Made by a program: the position numbers and the translations under genes
Part shown: positions 33,401 through 44,526 of the stretch, piece by piece
Numbering within the stretch: position 1 is the first letter of the stretch
Layout: the number at the start of each line of letters is the position of its first letter
Origin: Amoebophrya sp. A120
Lineage: Eukaryota; Protista; Dinoflagellata
DNA: 64,000 bases
Direction of reading: 5' to 3'
NCBI GenBank assembly: GCA_905178155.1
Contig: CAJINV010000008.1
Location: forward strand, 2,418,001 to 2,482,000
The notes under the pieces: generated by a model
What the model was told of the DNA's origin: nothing
Database searches by the model: none
Seen by the model: only the letters and a program-made list of their open reading frames with translations

Positions 33401-34459
33401 GTCGCGGAGCATATCAGCGGGCGTGTAATGCTCCGTTTTGTATTCCGCAGTGTTGTCGTCGTTTACTTGGACAGTTTTCATCGATTCACTTCTCGCACCA
33501 ATACCAGATGTGGACTGCAACTGAGAACTCTCTCTCCCTTCGTTGCCATCCGTACCAGACGCGTTTCTGCGGTCGGACTGAGTTGGTAGTTCATCTGCTT
33601 GTCGTTTTTTGGACGTTCTTCTCTCAGCGTCCGAATCGTCCTCCAGCGAACTCTCGTCCTCCTCTTCGTCCTCCGCAAAGGCCTTTATGATGTCAAATTC
33701 GAACTTTTTCGACTTGTCGCCCAAGTCTTCCAAGTCTACGTCCTCTGAGTGCGAGTGGTGCCGCCGTTTCTGCTGCGACTGCTTCAAAGCCTGCTTCTGC
33801 TCTTGCTGGAAAGTGGTAGAATGTGTATGTGAATTCGATGTTGGCGCATCGTGAAACCCGTGCTGGCTCTCGCTCTTAGATGAAGAGCAACAGGTCGAGG
33901 TCACTGAGGCTGCGCTCGCTGCACCACCGCTGCTGCTCGCAGATCCACCGCAGCAGCCAGATGAACTACTGGCCTTGTCATTGGCACTTGTCCCGCCTGC
34001 AGCAGAACCTGCTCCGCCACAACAGCCAGTGCCGGAAGAGCTTGTTGCTGGCTTCCCCGCATCAAATAACGCATCCTCGTCGGCGTGCAAAATCACCGCC
34101 GATGTTGCCGTGTCTGATGCACCCGCAAGCTCGGTCTCTGGTTTTTCACGATGATCTTGATTCTGTCTGGCCGCCGCCGGAGTGGCAATCACGAGCGGAT
34201 CTTCCTCATGATCTCTGTCAAACGCTGGCTTATTTTTCCCCTGTCGTCTATCGGTCGCTGCTTCTACAACTTCTTCCTGATCATCCACAGCATCCTCAGC
34301 CAAATCAGTGTCCCAGAGAAGCGTTTTTACCTTCTTTAACAGATGCCTCCTCTTTCGCCAAACACCGGCAAGCAAGACACAGGTGCCAAAGCCGGCCACC
34401 GCCGCAGTGACAACCTGTTGCCGGTTTCGCGGGAGGGAGCTCGGTAGGCGCAGTCCCAT
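30425..34459 (-). CDS. CDKAL1: Threonylcarbamoyladenosine tRNA methylthiotransferase (CDKAL1/e-MtaB; radical SAM)
   Basis: UPF0004 KTFGCSHNASDSE, NSCTVK, TGCVSQ; radical SAM GCLGDCTYCKTKFARG; LTSEDTGAYG, RLGMTNPPY, HVPVQSG, DIICGFP, SQFYPRPGT; TRAM-like region. Confidence 0.95.
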   Translation of the reverse strand: MGLRLPSSLPRNRQQVVTAAVAGFGTCVLLAGVWRKRRHLLKKVKTLLWDTDLAEDAVDDQEEVVEAATDRRQGKNKPAFDRDHEEDPLVIATPAAARQNQDHREKPETELAGASDTATSAVILHADEDALFDAGKPATSSSGTGCCGGAGSAAGGTSANDKASSSSGCCGGSASSSGGAASAASVTSTCCSSSKSESQHGFHDAPTSNSHTHSTTFQQEQKQALKQSQQKRRHHSHSEDVDLEDLGDKSKKFEFDIIKAFAEDEEEDESSLEDDSDAERRTSKKRQADELPTQSDRRNASGTDGNEGRESSQLQSTSGIGARSESMKTVQVNDDNTAEYKTEHYTPADMLRDMNTSPETVDENSTATASGSSPSAPEPPKHLKPPQALLPGNGQKVWMKTFGCSHNASDSEIMLGLLQAEGYVITDDQLAADVMIVNSCTVKNPSQDAAVNLIKKSKNEGGGSGGPTPVILTGCVSQADPKFVKNLEQSKVQNVSIVGLSYTDKIVDAVEQVLQGNRVYMMDFLDNPLKQAPLLPKSLMLPKVRKNPLVEIIAINTGCLGDCTYCKTKFARGTLKSYSVEQIVERAKFAWEKDDVQQIWLTSEDTGAYGLDIGTNIVHLLEALLKVAEEASALAGRTNAGSRSDSDSSHIINPKKKILRLGMTNPPYMARHATRIGELLNHENMFEFLHVPVQSGADHVLKNMNREYTKNVFTKMCKQILQKSPDMTFATDIICGFPDEKDSDHVETLNLIKDFQFAVVNISQFYPRPGTKAAHMQRVDTQVVKQRSTEVTDLFMSYTKNEKWKGKKLLVYWSDTDNSRGRKQTVGHTKQHVKVVVPRDDKLLNTCSYVLVKKVTKWHLEGEHCSGGEEAEADEQNCAAGIEGEVVIHSRDADLDATDAAKNTGDAAIVVAADEAEVKMNVQQESEPVAAAVVQDVTSDDENEKKAAEPHQELSTPDISAAKNLDEGLALAEDYGEEDEEETELQQESEYHHGHEPNKGEDHTHTDPRVSSSVASTPSTKFDVADDRDELQDVLPSSPELEMEVQEANQLESAQNEDTQSGYGFEEKHVVDELPEPESDELVDVVDTAGPHVQDHFIIPPATSTTVQMVSANPIAYSCGTAHSAYELLYGGDVAEGMEQENQDTIKPVSDATQNFESEDGETSNCGRRDEDKSHRGTSEFTSVHEHAADADENKVREEACSSATAASSCSASMSETEEETARNFCPDECAADAKSKRQDSDSCGEEDESTEAALKDKIDPAPIAPEANEDEVPQSEDKKGKTATATGKSAEKQKKKKTNKNASTTSGASGTGSAPPPLKSNRFRRKRVPKKPPGAGVVAGEEM

Positions 34460-37400
34460 TGTTTTTCAATGTCCTTTGCTTATGCTTTTAGTTCAGTTTC
34501 AGGCTGTGGCTTTTTGAATTTATCATGGAAGTGCGCCGCCAATGATAATTATAACTCTAACTGCTCCTTCGTCAGAAAAAACAAATGCTTGGAGTTCTTG
34601 CCATTTTATTCCGAGAGAACCGGGGTCCCCAGGTCGAGGTCTTGTGTGTGGCCTTATCTGGGGTCGCTTGTTGTTTTGAAATGGAATCAGAAAGATGGGT
34701 GACATGATCGCTTAGAAAATTAAAGAGGACCTGGGAATGAGAAAAAGAACCTCAGCTTGATCTTCGCGACGCAATATATAGACACGCATCGAACTTCAAG
34801 AAGTCTTTTCGTTGAGGACCTATTTGAAATTTGAATGAACAAAAATGCAAAGCAACACATTTAATCTACACGGATCGCGCGAACATCTCGGTCTAATGAT
34901 TCCACATACACCAGCTTCTATGGCTGTCGTGGTCATGATCAAGGATCGGATCAATTTGAATGTTTCATTTCTTTCTGCCATCCACTTCAACCAAAATTAA
35001 TTAATTTTGATCCGCCTAACTCCAGAAGTAGCACTTAGTTGATAGCTCAGGTCGGAGCAGGAACTGGACAGATCCACGTTTTTCTGCCTGTGAACGAACA
35101 CAAGCAGCGATGGAGTCGCTGGTGATACGGTACCGGTTTATTTTTCTGCAGCAAAACTTCGCAGATAAAAAACTGCGATCAATGCGTTTCATCTTCATCA
35201 TTAGATCATGCAACAAGACTTGCAAAGCAGTCGAAATTGAAATTTTGTCCATGAGATACAAGGTTATTTCTGATTTTGTGTGCCTCCAGCTATTCTCTTT
35301 AGCAGACACATTTACATTCGATAATTTTTGTCTCTTGTATAACCCCCAAAATGTTTTAGTTTCACCACGATTGTTTGTGTTTTGCTTTTGTCCCAGGCAC
35401 AGAATGCCTTTTCGAGTTGACGTTCCGAATTCGAATTTGCGCACCACACAATAAGCCTCTGACGCATGATCATCGCCCCAGCGTCAGGGTCAGGAAATCC
35501 ACTTCACGTACGGAATAACTGACACTGATACAAAAGGTTGTACCAGCGAGGATTAGTATCATCAAAACGGACTGAATGTACCTGTCGCTATATTTCAATA
35601 TGTTTCCACTTTCGCGTTCAACATAAAACGAGCTCAGTGAGTAGAGCCGCTGGGGGTCGGAGGCAGAGAATTCTCGGTCAGTCGACCCGCCAGTTGAAGC
35701 CATTGCCATGTCGTCGTCGTGCGAGGACTAAAATGAGCGTATAGTACAACCGGGATTGTATCTACCACCTCCAGCGAAAAAATCGTACAAGCCACTACAC
35801 ACGACGAAATGTAAATCAAAATGTTTGGTTGGGAGCACGGGGTACTGAGCATCAGGCCTATCAAACAATTCAAGTAGAAGTTTGATGCTCGTCTCTAGGG
35901 TAAGGATGCTGGAGCTGGAGGAGGGTGCGGGGAGGGTGACGAAATGCACGTCCTCGTGTCACTACACCTTCCACCTGTCTTAGTAAACATGTAGAAGTAC
36001 CGTAGTCCACCTGGCAGTTGCAGCTTTACCTTGCGCGGCTTCTATCAACATCAATGGGGCTTAGTATCAGTGACAGTGGTGTTTTGTAAGTATAGCATGA
36101 TTTTCGCTTGCTTTGCTTGAGCACAGTGGCACCGCTGCTGAATTCGTTCACTGAAAGCAGCAGCCTTCATTTCACAAATTTTTCTTCGACAATGCCAGCG
36201 CGCTAGATTTTTGTTGAAACGACATCATTCATCAATCACATACTGGTACAATAAACTCATTTTGTAAACTACAACCATGATAGATGCCAATCGGAATCGT
36301 TGAGAAATTTTGGGAAAATGGAAAATCACCATGACATACAAAAATGAAATTTCCGCCCCCGAGATGGGGCATTCATGCACAGACGTGTTTATTTAGTAGA
36401 AATGTGGAGCTACAGTTAGTTAAACAAAACTGACTCATCGTAAAAGCTTGAGCTGAGTAGTGCTACTATCTGCAACATGTATCTTGGACGAGAAGCGGAC
36501 TGCTCCCTCCAGCAGATTCTGATGTTCTTAAGGCAACACAAACTCAAGCGTCTGCGTTTTCAGATTCTGCAACTACGTGTAGTTCTATATTCCTCGGATA
36601 CTTTGTAGTCTTTGCATTGTATCGAGATCACTATATTTCTAGCTATGCAATAGAAGTCGAAGTCCCCGTCTAAAGCTAGAGTAAACCAGAACAAAGAGAA
36701 ACGCGCCCATATATTTTTGCGGCTTGTACATTGCATTTTGAAACTGTTGCCGTGTTCTTACCAAAAGGGTATGGAAACATGTGAATAGCTGATGATGTTC
36801 TACTAAACCGTCTTTGGACATTTATTCGACTTCAAAAAAGTCGTAAACGTGTGTGCGGTTTTGTTATTTCTAAGCCGAACGTCGGTCAACTACGGTAACT
36901 TAAAGAGCCGCACAACTTCTGCAAACTTCGTCAACTCGCCTCCATGACCATGACCATGTGGTGGCCTACGGCTACGGTGCCTCTTCTATTTTTACAAGTT
37001 TTCATAAATGCTGGATCCATATCAGAAACAGTGGCGTGGACAAGTCCTGCTCAAGGTCATGGATTATATACTCCGATTGCCGTGTGAATAAATTGAAAAA
37101 TTTCTGTCCACGCTGTAACTTTATCGTGCATAGAAGTAAAAAACTTTTTTTTTTCAGAACAACACCTCATCAATTTTGCATCATCTAAGGAGGAACAGAG
37201 AGGAAACATCGTATACTGGTTTTGCAAAATAGCGAAACTTGGTAATTGGAATCTGTGCTTACATTTTCAGAAAAGCTTTCCCGAGCCGAATTGGTCTTCG
37301 AAGGCCGCGGTGTCCGGAATGAATTCCAAATCCAGGTTGCAGTCCGCGGCAATCACATCCCCCAAACAGCTATGCTAGCAAAATCTTCCTCACGTCGAAT

Positions 37401-38045
37401 GGACGTGTCGAAGCAAATCGAGCCTGTCTCGGGCTGCGGGTGCTCTTTCTGTAAAAGAACGACCAAATCTTATGCGTAGAGACCCAATCGCTGACGATGT
37501 GAGTAAAAGCAGAACTAGAGTTTTAGTTTCCAAGGAAAAGCTGTAGCTGGCTTTCGATCTGCATTTTGAGTCGCAAAGAGATTTTGCTCGGATAACTCTC
37601 CGCCAATCGTCCCATCTGGCGCATCACCTCGGAAACTGTCGTATAACCTGCGAACACAGCAGAAAGTGCACGAAAATGCAAGACTTGCGGTTGTGATGCT
37701 GATGTTGCTATACGTGGCAGGTTTTTTCTGCCTCTACTGTATGTTCGTGCAAAGGCCTCATCAAGCAATAGGTGGACGCAAGCATATGCATGTCGTCGCA
37801 ATTTTTACGTCCGTCAAGGTCGCACAAAGAAACGACCTTCTCAGTTCTGGTTTTAGTAGCTATCTACGGGAAAGAAGAAAAGGAAAAAGGCTTGCTGCCT
37901 CGATATTGAGAGATTGCTGCCTAGGTAAAGATATACTCATACATACGTAGTTCTTACACATGTCGCATCATATCTGGTCGCGCCAAAACCACGCTTCGGC
38001 ATCACATGTTTTCTGCATTTTCATGCACTTAGTTCTCTCTCTCAC

Positions 38046-41000
38046 TGTGGATAGTTCGGGCGGACTTGCAATTTCATGGACTTCACACGGCACTTCGGGT
38101 GATTGGCATCTGAATTATATAATTTTTCAAATGATCTTCATCACTGAGAATTGTCTTCCGGATCGACAGTTTCGATGGCGCAATGGAATTACAAACGATG
38201 CGCATGGAGTAAGTAGCATATCATCCGATCATCATCATGAATGCGTGTTCATCTATGTTGAATACTTACTATACCACTCTGAATTCGGAACACGGCTTCC
38301 CGCTCGTGCGGAGCATCCCCGATAGAAATGATGTTTTTCCAACTGCGCTTAATGTAAAACTCCTTCACCACATCGCGGAACGCGTCTGCCTTCCAGCCCG
38401 CCGGGCTCTTGCTGCCGGACGGTTGCTCATAGGACGAACGGGCGGAAACGAGCTTGCAGCTCAGCACCTGGTGCAGTTGGGAGACTTATCATTTCGCTAC
38501 CGTTTCTATCAGCTTGAGTTTTTTCGGTAGAGCAATAGGAATAGCGCAGCAGTGTCGGGCAAAACGGAAGCATCAACAAGAAGGCACAAAAACTTTGTTC
38601 GGCTTCGCTCGCTCAGTAAACAAAAACACTACTTCGGGCAACGCCGACGACAGCCAGGCCTTGCAGGAGAGCTCAATCCACCCGGTTTCAGCGTTCGTCA
38701 CAATGACGACACGGCCCATGGTCTTCGCTTTCCGCAGCAGGCCCACCAGCATGCGGGCCACCGCGTCGAGCTGCGTTTTGTGCTTTTGGTGCACCAACTG
38801 GTCAAAGTACTCCCGGGCCATCTTTTGCCTGTTCTTGTTTTGGGACAAAATTTTTTTACGATGAGACGGCCGCATCTTGTACCATCTATCGAATCTTGTC
38901 GTTGCTGCATTCCAGTGACAGCGACTACGTTTCCTACACAATGAAATTTTGAATCTGATATACATGTAGCATCGCTTGAAACAAACTTAGTTACCCCTTC
39001 GCCTGTGCTGCGGACAGCGGAGGCACTGCGGTTCCATTGGTCGGCGAAGATGGCGCACCATCCTCGTCGTCACTGTCGAGGGTGATCACCTTCTTGTTGG
39101 GCGACTCCTTGTTGGGCGTGGCATCCCAGGCCTCGATGTAGGTCCCCGGCATGTGCTGCCCACCACTCGCGCCGGAAGTAGAGCTGGAGGAAGCTGTGAG
39201 AAAAGTGGATTCAAATGAAAGGACCGTTTCCCGAAAGCAACGCGGTCGAAGTTTATTCGGCGATGCTAGACAGAAGAAAAAGTCTTAATAAATGTCATCC
39301 CCGGAGGCGCTCCTGGTTGACATATTTCGATTGCTTTTACTGCAAATTCATATGGACATGCTCATCTCGTGAAGTGCAAGCACCTTTCGCCGCCCCCGCG
39401 TTTTTCTTCGACGGCGTGGTTGCCGCGGCCTGTTCCTCGGGCAAGTTGCAGCACTCTTGCCACACCTTGCAGATCAGCTGTTCGGACAGGGTGTGGCGAC
39501 AGAACGAGGAGGGGCACAACGTGTCATCCCAGTCGAAGAGCAAAATGGTCTGGTGGCTCATCGCGTACTCGTGCTGGCTAGACTCCGAGGCGTAGGACCG
39601 CGACAGGTTGTCGAGGTGGTACGCCTGGGCCGCCGAGGCCGCCTGCGTGGCGGGCGAAACGACGCGCGTCTGCAGGGGCTGCTGCTGCTGCTGTGCCGCT
39701 AGGGAACTTTGCTGCTGGACCGCCGCTATGCATTGCAAAAGTATCGCACTAGTAGAAATCGCATTACAAATTCGGTCAGCATGACAAATGAAATTTGTCA
39801 TGCTGTTTTACCTTGGTATGGAGATTTGTAACGCATGACTGCGATTACTACGAGTACGATACTTTTGCACAGGATAGCCGCCCGCGTGATCACCATCGGC
39901 TGCTCGCCCGTACCGCCATTCTGCTTCACCTGAGATTCGATGTCAATAGCATCATCGTGTAATACATTTTCTTGAAGTTGAGGCTGACCTACTATTAAGA
40001 TGCTGTGTCCCGCGCGTATCGGTGCGAGATCCGAAATTATAGATGGGATGTCATTTTTGGCTTCGGCGTAGTTATTTTCACGGGCCGCGTCAAGGATCGT
40101 TGCGGTGCTGATTTTCGAGCCATAAGCTTGGCTCGTAGAAGTTTCGGCTGAGGTCTTTCCACCGCCTAGCAGACTGAAGTTGCTGAGTTTGAAACTCAGT
40201 GAACTGAAGTTGCTGAGTCCAAACTTGGGTCTGGAGTTGGTCATTTTTGTGTTTTTCAAGTGTAGTTTTGCAGCTCGAGTCGTGGAAGTAGAAGTCATCT
40301 TCGGGTGTATTTTTCCCCATTCTTTTTGAGGAACAGCTGGTGAATCTGAACGGAACAAGCCGGTCGTGTCGCTCTGTTGTATGTCCTTCCTTCCTGCTTC
40401 GTTGGTTTGCTGCTCTCGTTCATCATCACAGTCGGGCTCGGAAGCTGGCAGGGGACTGATGGCCTTGCTAGACGGAGGTGCTGTTCGTCCACCTGCTGGC
40501 ATGTCTACTTTAGCTGCTTCTTCCTCCTCTTCGGCCGTTGTGGTAAAATTCTCTACCACGACAGGCGACACCTTCATGGCCAGCGCCGGTGCTGGTAGAT
40601 CACGGGATCTGGAGCCACATGCAGCTTCCTGTGCTGGTGACTGTGCTTCTGGCTTGCGGTGGAGGGTTTGACCATTCGTGTCCTCACCTCTTTTCGCTGT
40701 AATAAACGAAAAGACACCTGTGTGGCGGGGCGTCGGCCGAAACGGTTGCGGGGCAGCATGCGGCGAGCAAGCTGCAGCTTCATTTCGCTGGGTTAACAGA
40801 GACGCCGTGCTTTTCAGGATGGGTCTGGATGGGAGAGTAGACGAAGCCGGCCGCTTGGAGGAGATTTCATCTACTGCTTTACTTTTCGGTCTTATCCAGA
40901 TCAAGTCAGAACTTCTGGCTGAACTCGGAATGGAACGATTACCGGACAGGCGTGGCGTCAGTAAATGACTGAAATCGCAGACAAGTAGCTTCAACGGTGG

Positions 41001-42160
41001 ATGCAGTTGCACAGCCTTCCCCTTTCCAAGACTTCTGTTTCCGGCTATAGTGGAGAGAATCGTGCTCACGCGAGTCCTCGCGCCCCCAGGGCGGTTCGGT
41101 GTTGCGTGATCATCTATGCAAGGGGGTTCCTGCGGTAGTGCTGCAATCGATGAAACTGCGGTGGCGGTTTTTGTAGCGTGTTGCAGTGAATCAATACCAG
41201 ATTCTGCAGCGACTGAAACTTGGAACCGTGGTCGGGATGGTGCGACGGTGTAATTGCCACTCCTGTCCCCCCCCGCTGCCTTGCTCCATGCTGACTAGCT
41301 GCGGGTCAGAAACGAAGTCCAGAAGTAGGTGGAACAATGCCGATGACTAAGGGGGAAACAGCCAGTCCTTTACGTTTACCATTGCTGCGGAAGAGAGGAA
41401 AAAACAAAAGAACTCCACAACGAACTTTGTTGCATCCGAGGCCCAGTAATAGTGGACGCTTTTTGCAGATTTCACCATCGACTCGACTCCGACGTGATAG
41501 AGTACTTGCGCAGACTGAAATTTCTAAGAGTAACTACCACACTCCAACAGTCTAGGATTGTCCTCGACGCTGGCGTTGCACGCAAAAAATGCACTGAGAC
41601 TGAGTTAAATGGAATGCAACAAGATTATTTGCAAAAAACAAATTATGATTGTGGAATCCCACCCTCCCCCCAAAAAAGACCGAGCATTCATGCGAAATGC
41701 ATCGTTCACAATCGTGTTTGTCCCTAGAGGTAATAAATCTTTCCATCGATAGTAATCTTTCCCTCTGCACCAGCAGAGATTTTGTGTCCACCTAGAAAGT
41801 GCGAAGATGAAAAAATAAATGGAAAAAAAGAAAAACAAGTATTGAGCATGAATATACCGCCTCGGGAATGTCTTCCGCCAACAGGGTCGCGTTTGCGCTG
41901 GCCGGCACGCCCGCGGCGCGCGAAGACGCGGCCGAAGAGGAGGAGCTGGAGGGCGGGGTACTGCGGATGACCACGCCCGCATGGTTCTTGCGGTCCTGCC
42001 CGGGGGAGTGGGACGTCAACAGCGTATTGTCCGCCGAAACGGTGCCGCCACCCGTGCTACCGCCCGCACCGCTGGAGGACCGATTCGAGTTTCGTTGCAA
42101 CATGTTGCTTGTCGCGCCGCCGTTTTGCTTGTCTGTTGAGCGACGCAGCAGATCCGCCAT
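38046..42160 (-). CDS. HAD-superfamily protein (FDWDDTL type) with long disordered N-terminus, multi-exon; 3' end uncertain
   Basis: Motifs ILLFDWDDTLCP, VVIVTNAETGW, VSAR, WKADAF and NIISIGD..HER spread over GT-AG-bounded exons; upstream ORFs 41792-42160 and 39798-41069. Confidence 0.75.
39727..39876 (-). mobile_element. Introner-like MITE, copy 2 (150 bp, TAT...ATA termini, 5-bp TSD GCGGC on gene strand)
   Basis: TIRs of ~35 bp; direct repeats GCCGC (+) at 39722-39726 and 39877-39881; colinear with 792-939; internal perfect 13-bp hairpin CAGCATGACAAAT. Confidence 0.9.
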
Positions 42161-43147
42161 GAGAGAGTGTGAGTGAAAAAAGTCCCGAGCAATGTTGTAC
42201 TACAACAAAGCGGAACTTGGTTTTAGTTTTCTCGCGAGATGTTGGAAGATCAACTTCTACTCTGTGACTAAGTATTGAGTTTTCTTTCAGTTTTTGGTTT
42301 TTGCAAAAAAGAGTGAATTCATTGACCGAAACTGTTGGTGAAACTGAAAACCAATCTACCTAATTCCATAATTTCGGCTGCTTCTTCGTGCTGCTAGAAA
42401 AAAAACGCACTTTCGCTCCGACTGCTTCCGCAGTGTTGCTCTGCCTTCGGTTTCCGCGGAAAAATGGTGCCGTGGCACTCGTCGTTGTCGTTCCTATGCT
42501 TCCTAGAAGAAACTCAACCAGGATTATGTGATATATTGAAGCCACGACCAGTTCTTCCACGACTGATTGAAACTCAACGATACTGCTAGAGGGTGCGTGG
42601 CACGAACGCCGCAAGCACGACGCCCCTGGCTGCAAGATTTTTCTGCTTTTACCTTTGCTCTTTGCTGTACATGTAGTGAGAGAGCGCAAACGCGAATACC
42701 GAGGAGGTACCGAATTATCAAGGAGACGGCGGAGGCTGAGCAAGGCACTTTTTCATCGCTCCAACATAGCGAAGCGGAGACTGTGTTGCAGGCAGTGCCA
42801 CTGAACCGACCTGCCAGAAGGAGCATCGATGAGGAAACTACAGAATGGAAGAGCGCATAGAGACGACTGACATTTCTAAACTGCCTTCCGAGTCAAGCTT
42901 GTTTGAAAGCGCTAGCGGAACACGGAACAGAACAAGAACTGTCAACTCACACACTGCTACGACCTGGCATCGCCGGCTAGTGCATGCAAGCCTGGTGCCT
43001 ATCATAATTATTATGCAAGCCGTCATCATTATTTTAATTTTGATTTTCTTCTTGCAATGACGTGCTCGCATACTGACGCTCCTTGGATAGTCGTAGTTTC
43101 TGACAGGCATCTCGTGCTGCTTGTTCATTCTTTGCAACTCAGTTCCA

Positions 43148-44526
43148 TTACGAAACGAGATGCGATGAGAAAAAGTGCGTTCTGTAGATGAAGTAAATCA
43201 GGCCGTGCGCGCCGAAGAGTAAGGCGATCAGGCCATACCGTATTTTCGGCGTGTCCACAGCAATGTCGTTCCATAGGTGGTTACGGATGAATACGCAGGA
43301 GAGACCGCAGCCAACCAGGGCTATTACCCACTGCAGGAAGCTTGACGGCAGGAGAACCATTAGGACGGACGCGGGAAGGAGGCTGATGAAACTGTACCCA
43401 TACCTGAATGTGACATTATGATTGAAGTCGTGTAAACACGCTAGTCACATGGTTGAATGCGTAACGGGTGGTCCTGGGGCCCAGGCATGCACATCCCACT
43501 GGCGCTGCAACAGCGAAATGAACAGCACGAGTCAAGAATGATCTATTGCAAAAATCTAAGCATTCATCTTACACGCAAATCAGCTGCCGCAGGTTCACTT
43601 CCACGCCCTCGCCGGCGAAGTACAGCAATATCTGCGTCAGCAGCGGGACCCCGACCAGAGCGCCGTAGAGCATGCAGGCGGAGAGGGAGACCAACTCCCA
43701 ATCGGTGTCCACATCGTGCTCGCTCCAGAAGGACTGCGCAAAATTCCCTGTCGCTGCCAGAAAGACGACCTGATTATGTTCTTGGGTGACATTCAGGCGC
43801 TTGCGGTTGGAGAGGCCAAAGCCGTGTTCTGTCAGAGCTTCGCTCGGCTGTCGAGTACTATGATGCGAATCAGCGTGTCAAAGAAATGGATAGAGTGACG
43901 CAGCTAGTATCAAAAGCAAGCCAGTACTAAACCCCATACCGCCGTTGTGCAGATCCAAAAGGGTCCCCAGAAGTCTGGTTTGGTTTTGAAGTCCATGACG
44001 CTTTCCGGCGTCGCCTCCTTCTGGGGGATCAGGGCAGCTTTTATTCGCCTGGTGACGTCCTCGCTGCTCACGTCGAAGTGGGTTTGGAGGTAGGTGATGT
44101 CGAAGCAGAACAGATTTGGTAGAAGCGTGCCGAAGAGCCCGCCGCCCGTACTGCTTGACGAGGAACCGGTCTTGCCGCTGCCGTCCTGAAGGGTTGGTTG
44201 TTCACTCCTTGGCTTGCTAGGACGACAAAAGTGACCGTGACCGTGACGGTCACCAGGCATACTGTAGCAATAGCATCTTAGAATCACCACGGAAAATAGC
44301 ATTAAGATTAACAAAATGCATCCTGATATGGGAATACTCGCAATGGTGCCATGTCATTTGACGTCGTGCCGTCCAGATTGGTCATCGCGGTACTTCCGAG
44401 TGATAGTTTCTCGTCGAAGCTCAAACCTGCACCAACTGTTGCAGAGGTATTTTTCGCGCTCGTGGATCCGAGGTCTAGTTCGTCAAGAGACGGATTGTAA
44501 ACCGCGTCGGCTGCACGGGTAGGCAT
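43148..44526 (-). CDS. Yip1-domain Golgi membrane protein (YIPF1/2-like), four exons
   Basis: YLQTHFDVSSEDVTRRI, PDFWGPFWICTT|VVFLAATGN, LICVYGYS and several TM segments; GT-AG introns. Confidence 0.85.
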
